Below, piece by piece: positions 34,176 to 42,867 of a stretch of 64,000 bases of DNA. The stretch is from Phycisphaerales bacterium (lineage in GTDB: Bacteria > Planctomycetota > Phycisphaerae > Phycisphaerales > UBA1924), in contig JBGANS010000004.1 in NCBI GenBank assembly GCA_044222195.1, forward strand, positions 197,669 to 261,668. The letters are read 5' to 3'. The stretch's first letter is position 1. Each line of letters begins with the position of its first letter. The notes below the pieces were generated by a model. It ran no database searches and was not told where the DNA came from. It saw only the letters and a list, made by a program, of their open reading frames with translations. Made by a program: the position numbers and the translations under genes.

Positions 34176-36263
34176 CTACTCGCCGATGGGACCGCTTGGC
34201 GCCGCCATGCTCGCTTCTGGCGATGGTGGCACGCCGAGGTACGTCAGGCTCCGCTCCAGCACTCGCCGCACGACCGGGCCCGCGGTGTGAGAACCGAAGT
34301 GCTGCAGCTTGGGCCGCAGTTCCGGACCCGGGTCGTCGATGACGACCAGGCACACAAGTCGGGGATTCTCCGTCGGTCCAGCGGCAATAAAGCTCGAGTT
34401 GAACTGCTTCTCGAAGTAACCCTTGTTACCTGCGGGCTTGCGCTTTCCCTTGGGTGGCTTTCCAAGCGCGATCTGCGCGGTTCCTGACTTTCCAAAGATG
34501 GCGTACCGCCAGTGCGACTCGGTCTTGTCCTTCTCGGCCATCCGCTTTTCCATCTGCGCCGCGGCGAGCGAGAGCACCTCCCGCACGGACTGGGCGACGT
34601 CATGGTCGACGACCCGATGAAACATCTCCGGACGATCCGGGAACTCCGGGGCGGTCAGCCGTGCCACCGGCAATGTCCCCGCCAGTGAGCCCTTTCTCGC
34701 GAAGATACAGAACGCCCGTGCCATCTGCACCGGGGTGACGGCGACTTCCTGCCCGAACGAAACCGACGTCTGCGTCCACTGCGTCCACCGGCTCCGCGGC
34801 GTCAGGATTCCCGGTGTTTCAGCCGGCAACCCGACGTTCGTTCTCGACCCGAACCCGAAGCTGACCACGGCGCTTCGCAGCTGGTCGCGGGAGACCCGCA
34901 GGGCGCCTTGAGACATCCCGATGTTCGAAGATTGCAGCAGAACATCCCGCCACGAGAGTTGGGCGAACTTGTGCACATCGTGGATGGTTCGGCCATATGG
35001 GGTCGTCCACGAACCCATTCCTGTCGAGAGCGTCTCGCTCTCGCGGACGCCGCCGAGCTGCGTGACCGCGGCCCACACAAACGGCTTGAACGTCGAACCC
35101 GGTTCGTACACATCTTGCACGCACCGGTTCCGTCCAAGCGCCGGGTCAATCTCCCGCATCGGATCGGCGAATATGGTGATGTACCGCTCGCCACTTCCGC
35201 CGCCGCCCGACCCATCCGCATTCGCCCAGGGGAAAGGAACGGCCTCCGGGACGTGCCGGACGACATCCGCCATCGCAAGGATCTCGCCCGTTATCGAATC
35301 CATCACGACCAGTCGCCCACCCGCGGCATTGTTCTCGTACACGCCGCGGACCAGTTCCTCGGTTGAGAGGCGCTGGATCTCAAGGTCGATCGAAAGCCGA
35401 AGGGGCGCGCCTGCCGCCGGGGGCGAATACGAGTCGGGCTCCATCCACAGGGGTCGGCCCACTGAGTCTCGAACAAACGAAACCTTGCCGGCCTGACCCG
35501 TCAACGCCTTGTCGTGAGATCGTTCCGCACCGCTCTGAGGCTCCGGCAGTGCACCAAGTTTTCCGATGATCGGGGCGACCGCCGAGCCGCCGGGGTATTC
35601 GCGTACCAACCGCGGTTCGAGATGCACGCCCTTGGCCTTGAGCGCCCGAACCGCGTCGGCGGCTTCCTCGCTGACGACACCGCTCACACGGACGTACCGG
35701 ATCAGGTGAAGGGCAGGTTCTTGAGCAACCTCGTCATCTACCGAAATCGTATCGGCGGGCACTTCAAGACTGACGCCAACGACACTTGCCGCAGGCTCGG
35801 GCTTTGGTTCCAGTCCCACGATCGATCCCAACCATCGGCGGACCGAGGGGGGGGCGGGCGCGGGCTCGGGAGGCATGAGGGCAGCGCGCCGTTTGTTTTC
35901 CGCCATCGACAGGAGGATCTTCTCACCAAACTGCTCGGCGGGAATGCCCATCGCTTCGGACAGCCGGTAGATCTCTGCGTCGCACTCTTGGGCCGGAAAC
36001 TCCGTCGGATCGATGAACACCTGCCAGCCGAACTGAGAGGTGGCGAGCGGCCGACCGCGTCGGTCCTGGATCGGGCCCCGCTCGGCGCTGACGCCCACCG
36101 TGGAAATCCGGGGCTGAACCTGGTCGACGAGTTTGGTCCCGGGTGCAACCTGGAGTTGCACGACGCGGGCGATCATCACGATCAGGCCAACACTGACGAG
36201 GCCAACGATGGCGCGGGCGGAAATGTCGACGGTGTTAGGCCTGGAGGCAGGAGAGTCGCTCAC
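34176..36263 (-). CDS. ftsI: Penicillin-binding protein, class B transpeptidase (FtsI/PBP2-like)
   Basis: N-terminal TM anchor. The motifs are SxxK (GSTFKPF), SxN (LQSSNIG) and KTG-like (FGKSGTAQ). It sits immediately after an ftsL-like gene (GTGA overlap) in a dcw-type context. Confidence 0.85.
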   Translation of the reverse strand: MSDSPASRPNTVDISARAIVGLVSVGLIVMIARVVQLQVAPGTKLVDQVQPRISTVGVSAERGPIQDRRGRPLATSQFGWQVFIDPTEFPAQECDAEIYRLSEAMGIPAEQFGEKILLSMAENKRRAALMPPEPAPAPPSVRRWLGSIVGLEPKPEPAASVVGVSLEVPADTISVDDEVAQEPALHLIRYVRVSGVVSEEAADAVRALKAKGVHLEPRLVREYPGGSAVAPIIGKLGALPEPQSGAERSHDKALTGQAGKVSFVRDSVGRPLWMEPDSYSPPAAGAPLRLSIDLEIQRLSTEELVRGVYENNAAGGRLVVMDSITGEILAMADVVRHVPEAVPFPWANADGSGGGGSGERYITIFADPMREIDPALGRNRCVQDVYEPGSTFKPFVWAAVTQLGGVRESETLSTGMGSWTTPYGRTIHDVHKFAQLSWRDVLLQSSNIGMSQGALRVSRDQLRSAVVSFGFGSRTNVGLPAETPGILTPRSRWTQWTQTSVSFGQEVAVTPVQMARAFCIFARKGSLAGTLPVARLTAPEFPDRPEMFHRVVDHDVAQSVREVLSLAAAQMEKRMAEKDKTESHWRYAIFGKSGTAQIALGKPPKGKRKPAGNKGYFEKQFNSSFIAAGPTENPRLVCLVVIDDPGPELRPKLQHFGSHTAGPVVRRVLERSLTYLGVPPSPEASMAAPSGPIGE

Positions 36264-36550
36264 CGGTCCTCCTCCCGGTGGAGTGCGACCTGCGGAGGAC
36301 TGGCCGTACCCCGCTCACCCACCAGCGGCTTCATGGGATTGATGCGGGCAGCCATTTCCAGGACACGTTCGGGATTGACGCTGGTAGAGATGGCCGCGCG
36401 GACACGTGAGGTGTCCTGGTCTATCCGGACGGCCCGGAGGCGGGATTGAGCGAGTTCGTACGCCGCCTGTGTCCGCATCTGGCGGACGGCCAGCAGCGCA
36501 CTGGCGCATACTCCCAAGGACACAATGAGAACCGCCAGCTTGCCGAACAC
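36260..36550 (-). CDS. ftsL: FtsL-like small bitopic cell-division protein
   Basis: 96 aa with a single TM span (FGKLAVLIVSLGVCASALLAV) followed by a short coiled segment. It is positioned directly upstream of ftsI and overlaps it. The call is by position and architecture only. Confidence 0.5.
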   Translation of the reverse strand: MFGKLAVLIVSLGVCASALLAVRQMRTQAAYELAQSRLRAVRIDQDTSRVRAAISTSVNPERVLEMAARINPMKPLVGERGTASPPQVALHREEDR

Positions 36551-36586
36551 GATTGTCTCCTGCCCTTGCGTTCCAGGAGTGTCCGG

Positions 36587-37606
36587 TTAGCTCCGCTTGG
36601 CCGGGATCTTCAGCACTGTTCCGGCCGAGATCGAATCCTCATCGTCAAGCTTGTTGAGCTCGGCGATTTCCTGCCACCGGCGCGAGGTGCCAAGCGTCTT
36701 GAGCGAAATATCGCCGAGCGTGTCGCCCTGGCGAACGGTGTAGCTGGCGAGTTCGATCTTGGGCTTGCCCCGGTCGGCCGGTGCGGCCTTCGGCGCTGCG
36801 GGCTTGGCCTCGCCCGGCGCGGGCTTGATGATCTTGACTTCCGGATTCTGACCGTTGCCAGACGCAACCGCGCGCCCGAGCAAGACCTCTTTGGACGGGA
36901 TCTTGATGCTTGAACCGACGCGGATGGTCCCGGCGTTGTCCATTCCGTTGAACTTCGCGAGCTGCTTCCAGAGATTGCCCGTGCCGTAATACTTGTTGGT
37001 GATCTGAAAGAGCGATTCGCCGGACTTCACCACGTGCGTCTTGAGCGGCTCAATTGGGCCGAGATTGGGATACACGATCTTGGGGTTGGCCTGCGCGACG
37101 GGAACGCTTTTGGGCTCCGACTTGGGAAGTTCGAAGGACCATGAACCATCCGGGTTGCGGACCAGGTTTCCCCCGTTGTTCCGGATCGCATCGTGCAACG
37201 TGCCGTCGGCCGTGCGAATCGGGTCGCTTCCAGCGGGAGGATTGACAGGCGCGCTGGTTGGCGTGGTCCCTGGCGATTGGACGCCGCCGCCAACGGCTAT
37301 CGGGGCCGGGGGATTGGCCGCAGGAGGGTTGGCGGCAGAAGGATTGGCGGCGGGCGGACTTGCCTGCGGCCCCAGGATCAGCTGCAACGCGGGGTCGTTG
37401 GTCGGGGCCGTTGCGATTCGAGACTCGGCCGCCGGTCCCGGCGCGGGTATCGGGGCGACTGACACCGGTGGCGTCTCGGGCTCGACCTTCGCGATCTTGG
37501 CTTTCCGGGCGCCGGAGAGGTGATCGCTGATCAGCACTCCCACAAGAAGGACCAGGGAGAAACCGACGATGAGTGCCAGCTTTTGTTCACGCGTCACGCC
37601 ACGCAT
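36587..37606 (-). CDS. Membrane-anchored protein with two LysM peptidoglycan-binding domains
   Basis: TM anchor (LALIVGFSLVLLVGVLI), a Pro/Ala-rich linker, then two LysM-like units (..HVVKSGESLFQITNKYYGTGNLWKQLAKFNGM..IRVGSSIKIP.. and ..YTVRQGDTLGDISLKTLGTSRRWQEIAELNKL..ISAGTVLKIP). Confidence 0.8.
   Translation of the reverse strand: MRGVTREQKLALIVGFSLVLLVGVLISDHLSGARKAKIAKVEPETPPVSVAPIPAPGPAAESRIATAPTNDPALQLILGPQASPPAANPSAANPPAANPPAPIAVGGGVQSPGTTPTSAPVNPPAGSDPIRTADGTLHDAIRNNGGNLVRNPDGSWSFELPKSEPKSVPVAQANPKIVYPNLGPIEPLKTHVVKSGESLFQITNKYYGTGNLWKQLAKFNGMDNAGTIRVGSSIKIPSKEVLLGRAVASGNGQNPEVKIIKPAPGEAKPAAPKAAPADRGKPKIELASYTVRQGDTLGDISLKTLGTSRRWQEIAELNKLDDEDSISAGTVLKIPAKRS
37307..37351 (-). repeat. 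Three imperfect 15-bp tandem repeats encoding (A-A-N-P-S/P)x3
   Basis: The plus strand reads CGGGGGATTGGCCGC / AGGAGGGTTGGCGGC / AGAAGGATTGGCGGC. On the coding strand these encode AANPS-AANPP-AANPP in the linker of the LysM protein. Confidence 0.6.
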
Positions 37607-37709
37607 CCTTGCGAGGGCCCCGTGAGGGGCGGTTTTATTGTCGGGCCGGCCTTGGCCCGGACGAATCAGAATAGCAATTCCCGTCTCGGCCCGTCGGCCG
37701 AACCGGAAC

Positions 37710-38633
37710 TCACCCTGCCAACCGAATCGTTCTCAGCTTGGCCGAACGAGACCTCGGATTGGCTGACACCTCGGCCTCCGACGCTTCCACATGACCCTTG
37801 CCGGCCGCGGCACCCTTTGCCACCAACGCAGCAAAGCTGGCCTTCACCAGCCGGTCTTCGAGAGAATGGAACGAAACTACCGACACTCGCGCCCCTGCAT
37901 TCAGCCACGCCCGTCCGACCGACCTCCCCCGCTCGATGCCCGCCAACAGTGCGCCCAAGCTCCCGAGCTCGTCGTTCACGGCGATCCGGAACGCCTGAAA
38001 GGTCTTGGTCGCCGGGTCGATCGCGGTGTTCTTCCTGCCCACGACCGATCGCACGATGTCCGCAAGCTGGCGCGTCGTGGATATCGGCCCGGCGAGCCGG
38101 GTTTCGACAAGTTTTCGAGCCACTCGCCCCGCGGCCGGTTCTTCGCCGTATTCCCGGATGATTCGGGCAAGCTCGGCTTCCGTGCCGGACGCGATCAAGT
38201 CCGCCGCGGAGACCGGGGCTGAGGGGTCCAGCCTCATGTCCAAGGGGCCGTCTTTTTGGAACGAGAACCCCCGTTCCCCGGCGTCCATCTGGTTGGAAGA
38301 AAACCCGAGATCTGCAAGCACCATGTCGGCCCTGAGGTCGGCTTCGATCATTTTCCGCGGGATGTCGGCAAAGTTGCCCTGCCATGACAGGACTTTGGCG
38401 AGGGGGTTCGCCGCGGCAACCGCCTTCGCGGCGTGAATGAGGTTGCCCGCATCGGCATCGTTCAGGACGACCGTTCCACGATTCAGTCCGGCGGCGACGA
38501 ACGCCGCGTGGCCGCCAAGCCCGGCTGTGCAGTCCACGAAGGTCTGGCCCGATTGAGGTTCCAACGCAGCCACGACCTCCTGAAGGAGTACCGGGATGTG
38601 ACCTGGAGCATGGGAGGGTCTTTGCACGCGCAA
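37710..38633 (-). CDS. rsmH: 16S rRNA (cytosine1402-N4)-methyltransferase RsmH (MraW)
   Basis: HIPVLLQEVV.., FVDCTAGLGGHA, DLGFSSNQMD, and SFHSLEDRLVK near the C-terminal region are canonical RsmH motifs. TTG or GTG start. Confidence 0.9.
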   Translation of the reverse strand: MRVQRPSHAPGHIPVLLQEVVAALEPQSGQTFVDCTAGLGGHAAFVAAGLNRGTVVLNDADAGNLIHAAKAVAAANPLAKVLSWQGNFADIPRKMIEADLRADMVLADLGFSSNQMDAGERGFSFQKDGPLDMRLDPSAPVSAADLIASGTEAELARIIREYGEEPAAGRVARKLVETRLAGPISTTRQLADIVRSVVGRKNTAIDPATKTFQAFRIAVNDELGSLGALLAGIERGRSVGRAWLNAGARVSVVSFHSLEDRLVKASFAALVAKGAAAGKGHVEASEAEVSANPRSRSAKLRTIRLAG

Positions 38634-38664
38634 ACACTACCCGCCCTCCGGCTACACTGCGCGC

Positions 38665-39678
38665 ATGACCAGACTGCTCGCCCTTGCCGCGTCGGCGCTC
38701 CTTGCCGGGTGTTCGCCGGTCACCATGACGATCACCCTATTTGCGGACAGTTCGAAACTGTCCGAGACCACCGTGCAACGAGACAAGGCAACCCGCGATG
38801 CAAAAATTGCCATGATCGACGTCCGGGGACTGATCTCCGAGAAAGTCGAGGCTGGATTTCTCAGCTCGGGAGGCAGCTCGGTGGATGAACTGACCGCCCG
38901 GCTGAGAAAGGCCGAGGACGACCCCCGCGTCAAAGCGGTCATCATCCGTATCAACTCTCCGGGCGGCACCGTGACCGGCAGCGACATGATGTACCGGGAA
39001 GTCCGGCGCTTCGCGGAGGAGAGCAAGAAGCCCGTGGTGGCCTCCCTGGGCGAAGTCGCCGCGAGCGGGGGCTATTACCTCGCCCTGGCGGCAGACCGCA
39101 TAGTTGCCGAACCCACGGCCATCACGGGCTCCATCGGCGTCATCATGCCCACGATCAACATCAGCGAAGGATTGAACAAGATCGGGATTCACTCCCGGTC
39201 GATCAAGTCCGGCAAGAACAAGGACCTCGCCAATCCGCTCGAACCGATGCGGGATGAGCAGTACGCCGTCTTGCAGGAAACCGTGGACGAGTTCTACGCT
39301 CGATTCAAGGCGCTGGTCGTTGAGCGACGAAACCGCCCCTCAGGTGTCGGCACGCGGTCGCTCGACACGACCCGCCTCGACGACCTGACCGACGGACGGG
39401 TGGTGACTGGGGTCCGGGCTGCAGAGTTTGGCCTGGTCGATCAGACCGGCGGGGTGTCCGATGCGTTCGCTCTGGCAAAGGGATTGGCGGGCATTGATGC
39501 CGCGGCGTTGGTGAAGTACTACCCCGAAGGTGGTGAGCGGCCCAAGACGGCGTATGCAACCGCGCCCTCGCCTGGGGGCACCGAAGTCAACCTGGTGCAG
39601 ATCCGCGCGGGGAACATCGGGCTCTCCGGCGCAGCGGGATACGCGGGCGCGTACTACCTCTGGATGCCCCCGGGTTAG
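38665..39678 (+). CDS. sppA: Signal peptide peptidase SppA, 36K type (S49)
   Basis: Lipobox LLAGCSP. ..VKAVIIRINSPGGTVTGSD.., ..ASGGYYLALAADRIVAEPTAITGSIGV.. and ..GRVVTG..A.. are S49 motifs. Confidence 0.85.
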   Translation: MTRLLALAASALLAGCSPVTMTITLFADSSKLSETTVQRDKATRDAKIAMIDVRGLISEKVEAGFLSSGGSSVDELTARLRKAEDDPRVKAVIIRINSPGGTVTGSDMMYREVRRFAEESKKPVVASLGEVAASGGYYLALAADRIVAEPTAITGSIGVIMPTINISEGLNKIGIHSRSIKSGKNKDLANPLEPMRDEQYAVLQETVDEFYARFKALVVERRNRPSGVGTRSLDTTRLDDLTDGRVVTGVRAAEFGLVDQTGGVSDAFALAKGLAGIDAAALVKYYPEGGERPKTAYATAPSPGGTEVNLVQIRAGNIGLSGAAGYAGAYYLWMPPG

Positions 39679-39757
39679 TGCAGAATTCGCTGAACTCATG
39701 AACCCTCGCGCGTACCTGCCGGTAACAGGTGCATCGCACCACCCTGCGGAGACCGAC

Positions 39758-40660
39758 ATGAATACTCGCCGCGCGTTCACCCTGGTTGATATCGCCGCAC
39801 TCTGCGCGACGGGGGCATGCCTGTTGTGCCTGGCGGCGACCGTCCTTGGGCAGCAGCCAGAGGCTCCACGGACAGTTACCAAGCAACTCAAGGACGCCAC
39901 CCAGGTTCGCGGCCTCCATCAGGCGCTGATTGTTTTCGCGCAGAACAACAGCGATGCCTACCCATTGCCTTCCAAGTTCGACACCAACGACAACACCGTG
40001 GCCGACCGCGGCTCGCTCAAGGACACCACCGCGAACATCTACTCCATGCTCGTTTTCATGGGCATGATCTCGACAGAGCTCCTTGTCAGTCCTGTAGAGA
40101 AGAACAGCAGTATCACGGTGTACGACCAGTACGAGTTTGACACACCGAAGAAGTCGGTGAGGCCTGCGATGGCGCTGTGGGATCCCGCGTTCGGCGTGGA
40201 CTTCAGTGAGGGACACAAGGGCCACGCCAGCTACGCTCATCTTCAACCGTCGGCTGGCCGCGCCCCGCGGTGGAAGTCCACCAGCAAGTCATCGGCTCCC
40301 GTGATCAGCATGCGCGGGCCTGAGATTTCCGGCGTCGTGCACAACGACGATGGCTCGGTTACGCCGACGTTCGCCAACCCGAAGTCGAATACATTCGCGA
40401 TGTACGATGAGGATGCGAGTTGGTCGGGCAACGTCGCGGGAGCGGACAATGCCGTCATCTTCTCGAAGCACACCCTCGCGGTCGGCAAGAGCATCATGAG
40501 CGATCCCAAGGCCCGGCAATACACCGATGCAGAAGGGAAGTCGTGGCCCGACCTGTGGAACTTTGACGAACCGGACGATCCCAGCGCGGCCAACGACTTC
40601 CTGGGCATCTTCGTGAGGGCCGGGACAAAGGCGGCGGAGTTTAAGGCCATCTGGGACTGA
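39758..40660 (+). CDS. DUF1559-like protein with a degenerate prepilin-type N-terminus
   Basis: The ATG at 39758 reads MNTRRAFTLVDIAALCATGACLLCLAA (A instead of G at -1, D instead of E at +5). It is followed by ..LKDATQVRGLHQALIVFAQNN.., as in DUF1559 proteins. There is no H-X9-DG tail. The track ORF start at 39530 overlaps sppA. Confidence 0.55.
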   Translation: MNTRRAFTLVDIAALCATGACLLCLAATVLGQQPEAPRTVTKQLKDATQVRGLHQALIVFAQNNSDAYPLPSKFDTNDNTVADRGSLKDTTANIYSMLVFMGMISTELLVSPVEKNSSITVYDQYEFDTPKKSVRPAMALWDPAFGVDFSEGHKGHASYAHLQPSAGRAPRWKSTSKSSAPVISMRGPEISGVVHNDDGSVTPTFANPKSNTFAMYDEDASWSGNVAGADNAVIFSKHTLAVGKSIMSDPKARQYTDAEGKSWPDLWNFDEPDDPSAANDFLGIFVRAGTKAAEFKAIWD

Positions 40661-40885
40661 TACCCGGCGCAGGCCTGCCATCGGCCCGGCAGCGGCTCCG
40701 CCAAAGGGCCTTCCTGGCCTCCCATCCAGCCCGGCAGGCCCGCAATAACTCCCGCTCCACTGAAGTCAACGCCCTGCCTGTCCGAAATTGGGATAACCCG
40801 AATTCGACCCCTCGAACACATGGTGGGCTTGCGTGAGACGCCCACGGGAAGATCGGTACCGCCCGAGCGGCACAGGATTGTGTGA

Positions 40886-42847
40886 ATGGATCCGAAAGCC
40901 CTCGACAAAGTGCTCAACTGCCCCTCTCTCCCCAGCCTTCCCGGCGTGGCGATTTCGATGCTGGAACTGATGCGGCAGCCGTCCTGCACGGCGGACAAGG
41001 TCGCTGATCTCATCCAGAACGACCCCGCGCTGGCATCGAAGGTTCTTCGGACCGTCAACTCGAGCTACTACGGGCTCAGCAAGCCCTGCCCCACCATCTC
41101 GCGTGCGGTCTCGTTCCTCGGGATGAACACGGTCAAGTCCCTGACGTTGGGCCTCAGCCTGGTTGACGTCGGCCGGAGCACCGATGCCGGGTTCGATCTC
41201 GCGGCCTATTGGAGGAGGTGCGTGTACGGCGCCGCCGCCGCCCGGATCATCGCCCGGCACAGCCGGATGTGTGACCCGGACGAGGTGTTCATCGGAACCC
41301 TGCTCCAGGACGTCGGCATGCTGGCCTGCTACGCGGCACTCGGTGTCCAGTATGCCGCGCTGATCTCCAGCGCACCGGCCCACGAAGACCTGGCGCCGCT
41401 CGAACGCGAGCACTTCGGATTCGATCACGCGGAAGCCGGGGCGCGGATGGCCGAAAAGTGGCGGCTGCCGGATCACATCATCGCCTGCACCCGATTCCAC
41501 CACCGGCCGGAAAGCGCCCCGGAGGTGCACGCGCCCTTTGTCCGCGTGGTGTCCACGTCCACCGATGCTTCCGCCTGTCTGACGGACACAACTGTTCCAG
41601 CATCTCTCGCATCCTTCCGGCGCCGGATGCGCGAGTGGTTCAACGTTGACACCGCCGCCTCAGACGATCTGCTCCATCAGACGACCGGGGCCGCGAAGGA
41701 ACTGGGCAAGCTCCTCGAACTCGACACCGGGCAGCCCCCGGACGTCGGAGCGATCCTCGCCGAAGCCAGCGAACAACTCCTCCACCACCAGGTGGACATG
41801 GAGCGAACACAGACGGAACTGACGCGCCAGACGGTGACCGACGCCCTGACCGGCGCGGCCAACCGAAAGCACTTTGATGTCTCGATGCAACGGGCGTTTT
41901 CCGAAGCCGACCAGGCCGGAACACCTCTGTCTGTGCTCTTCGCCGATGCCGACAAGTTCAAGTCGGTCAATGACACGCTCGGCCACCAGGCCGGGGATGC
42001 CGTCCTCGTCGAGATATCCCGACGGTTGCGCGAGGGCGTGGGCAGTGACGGCACGGTGTGTCGTTACGGGGGTGAGGAGTTTGCGATCATTCTCCCGGGC
42101 GCCGGCCTGGACGCCGCGAGGGCAATCGCCGAGCGGCTGCGCCAGTCCCTCGAGGCCCGGCCGATCGACATTGCTTCGCTCGGCGTGAGCGCCCGTGAAG
42201 TCCGCCAAACAATCAGCCTTGGTGTGGCCTGTCTTTCGAAGCCTGCTTCCTCGTTTGCCAACTGGGAAGCCCTGGTTCACGCGGCGGACGAAGCCGTGTA
42301 CGCCGCCAAGAAAGCGGGACGCAACCGGGTGCAGTGCGCTGGCGATGCCACTATTCCCGCGCCCGCCCTCGCGCCGATGCCGACGCAAAGACCGCAATCG
42401 CCGTCGGCCCCTCGCACGGTCGGGGATGCCAACGGCAAGAGCCTGATTCTGATTGTCGAAGACGATGCCCTCTCCGCCAAGATGCTCGACGTGCTGTTGA
42501 CCCGGCACGGCAACTTCCAGACCGTCATTGCTCGCTCAGCCGAGGACGCTCTTCGCCTGCTCCACGGTGGAAGAAAGGACCCCGCGATCCGGCCAGCACT
42601 GCTGCTGGTAGACCTGAACCTGCCCTCTATGTCGGGCGCCGACTTCATCCGAGCCTGCCGGTCTATGCCGGCGCTGTGTGACCTCCGGTTCGTCGTCATG
42701 TCGGCGTGCGCCGGTGCCGACGAACGCAGGGACATCGACAGCCTGGGAGCTCTCGCTTATCTCGACAAGGCCGACCTCTGCTCGGACATCGTCGGGGCTC
42801 TCAAGCGGTTGACAGACGCGGCGAGGCCGAATGCGGTCGCGGCCTGA
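40886..42847 (+). CDS. HDOD - GGDEF (diguanylate cyclase) - C-terminal receiver domain protein
   Basis: The HDOD-like N-terminus reads LPSLPGVAISMLELMRQP..LIQNDPALASKVLRTVNSSYYG. A coiled linker follows. The GGDEF domain reads ..DALTGAANRKHF..FADADKFKSVNDTLGHQAGD..RYGGEEFAIILPG. The REC-like C-terminus reads LILIVEDDALSAKML..LLLVDLNLPSMSG. Confidence 0.85.
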   Translation: MDPKALDKVLNCPSLPSLPGVAISMLELMRQPSCTADKVADLIQNDPALASKVLRTVNSSYYGLSKPCPTISRAVSFLGMNTVKSLTLGLSLVDVGRSTDAGFDLAAYWRRCVYGAAAARIIARHSRMCDPDEVFIGTLLQDVGMLACYAALGVQYAALISSAPAHEDLAPLEREHFGFDHAEAGARMAEKWRLPDHIIACTRFHHRPESAPEVHAPFVRVVSTSTDASACLTDTTVPASLASFRRRMREWFNVDTAASDDLLHQTTGAAKELGKLLELDTGQPPDVGAILAEASEQLLHHQVDMERTQTELTRQTVTDALTGAANRKHFDVSMQRAFSEADQAGTPLSVLFADADKFKSVNDTLGHQAGDAVLVEISRRLREGVGSDGTVCRYGGEEFAIILPGAGLDAARAIAERLRQSLEARPIDIASLGVSAREVRQTISLGVACLSKPASSFANWEALVHAADEAVYAAKKAGRNRVQCAGDATIPAPALAPMPTQRPQSPSAPRTVGDANGKSLILIVEDDALSAKMLDVLLTRHGNFQTVIARSAEDALRLLHGGRKDPAIRPALLLVDLNLPSMSGADFIRACRSMPALCDLRFVVMSACAGADERRDIDSLGALAYLDKADLCSDIVGALKRLTDAARPNAVAA

Positions 42848-42867
42848 TCGGCCCGGCTGCCGGCGAC

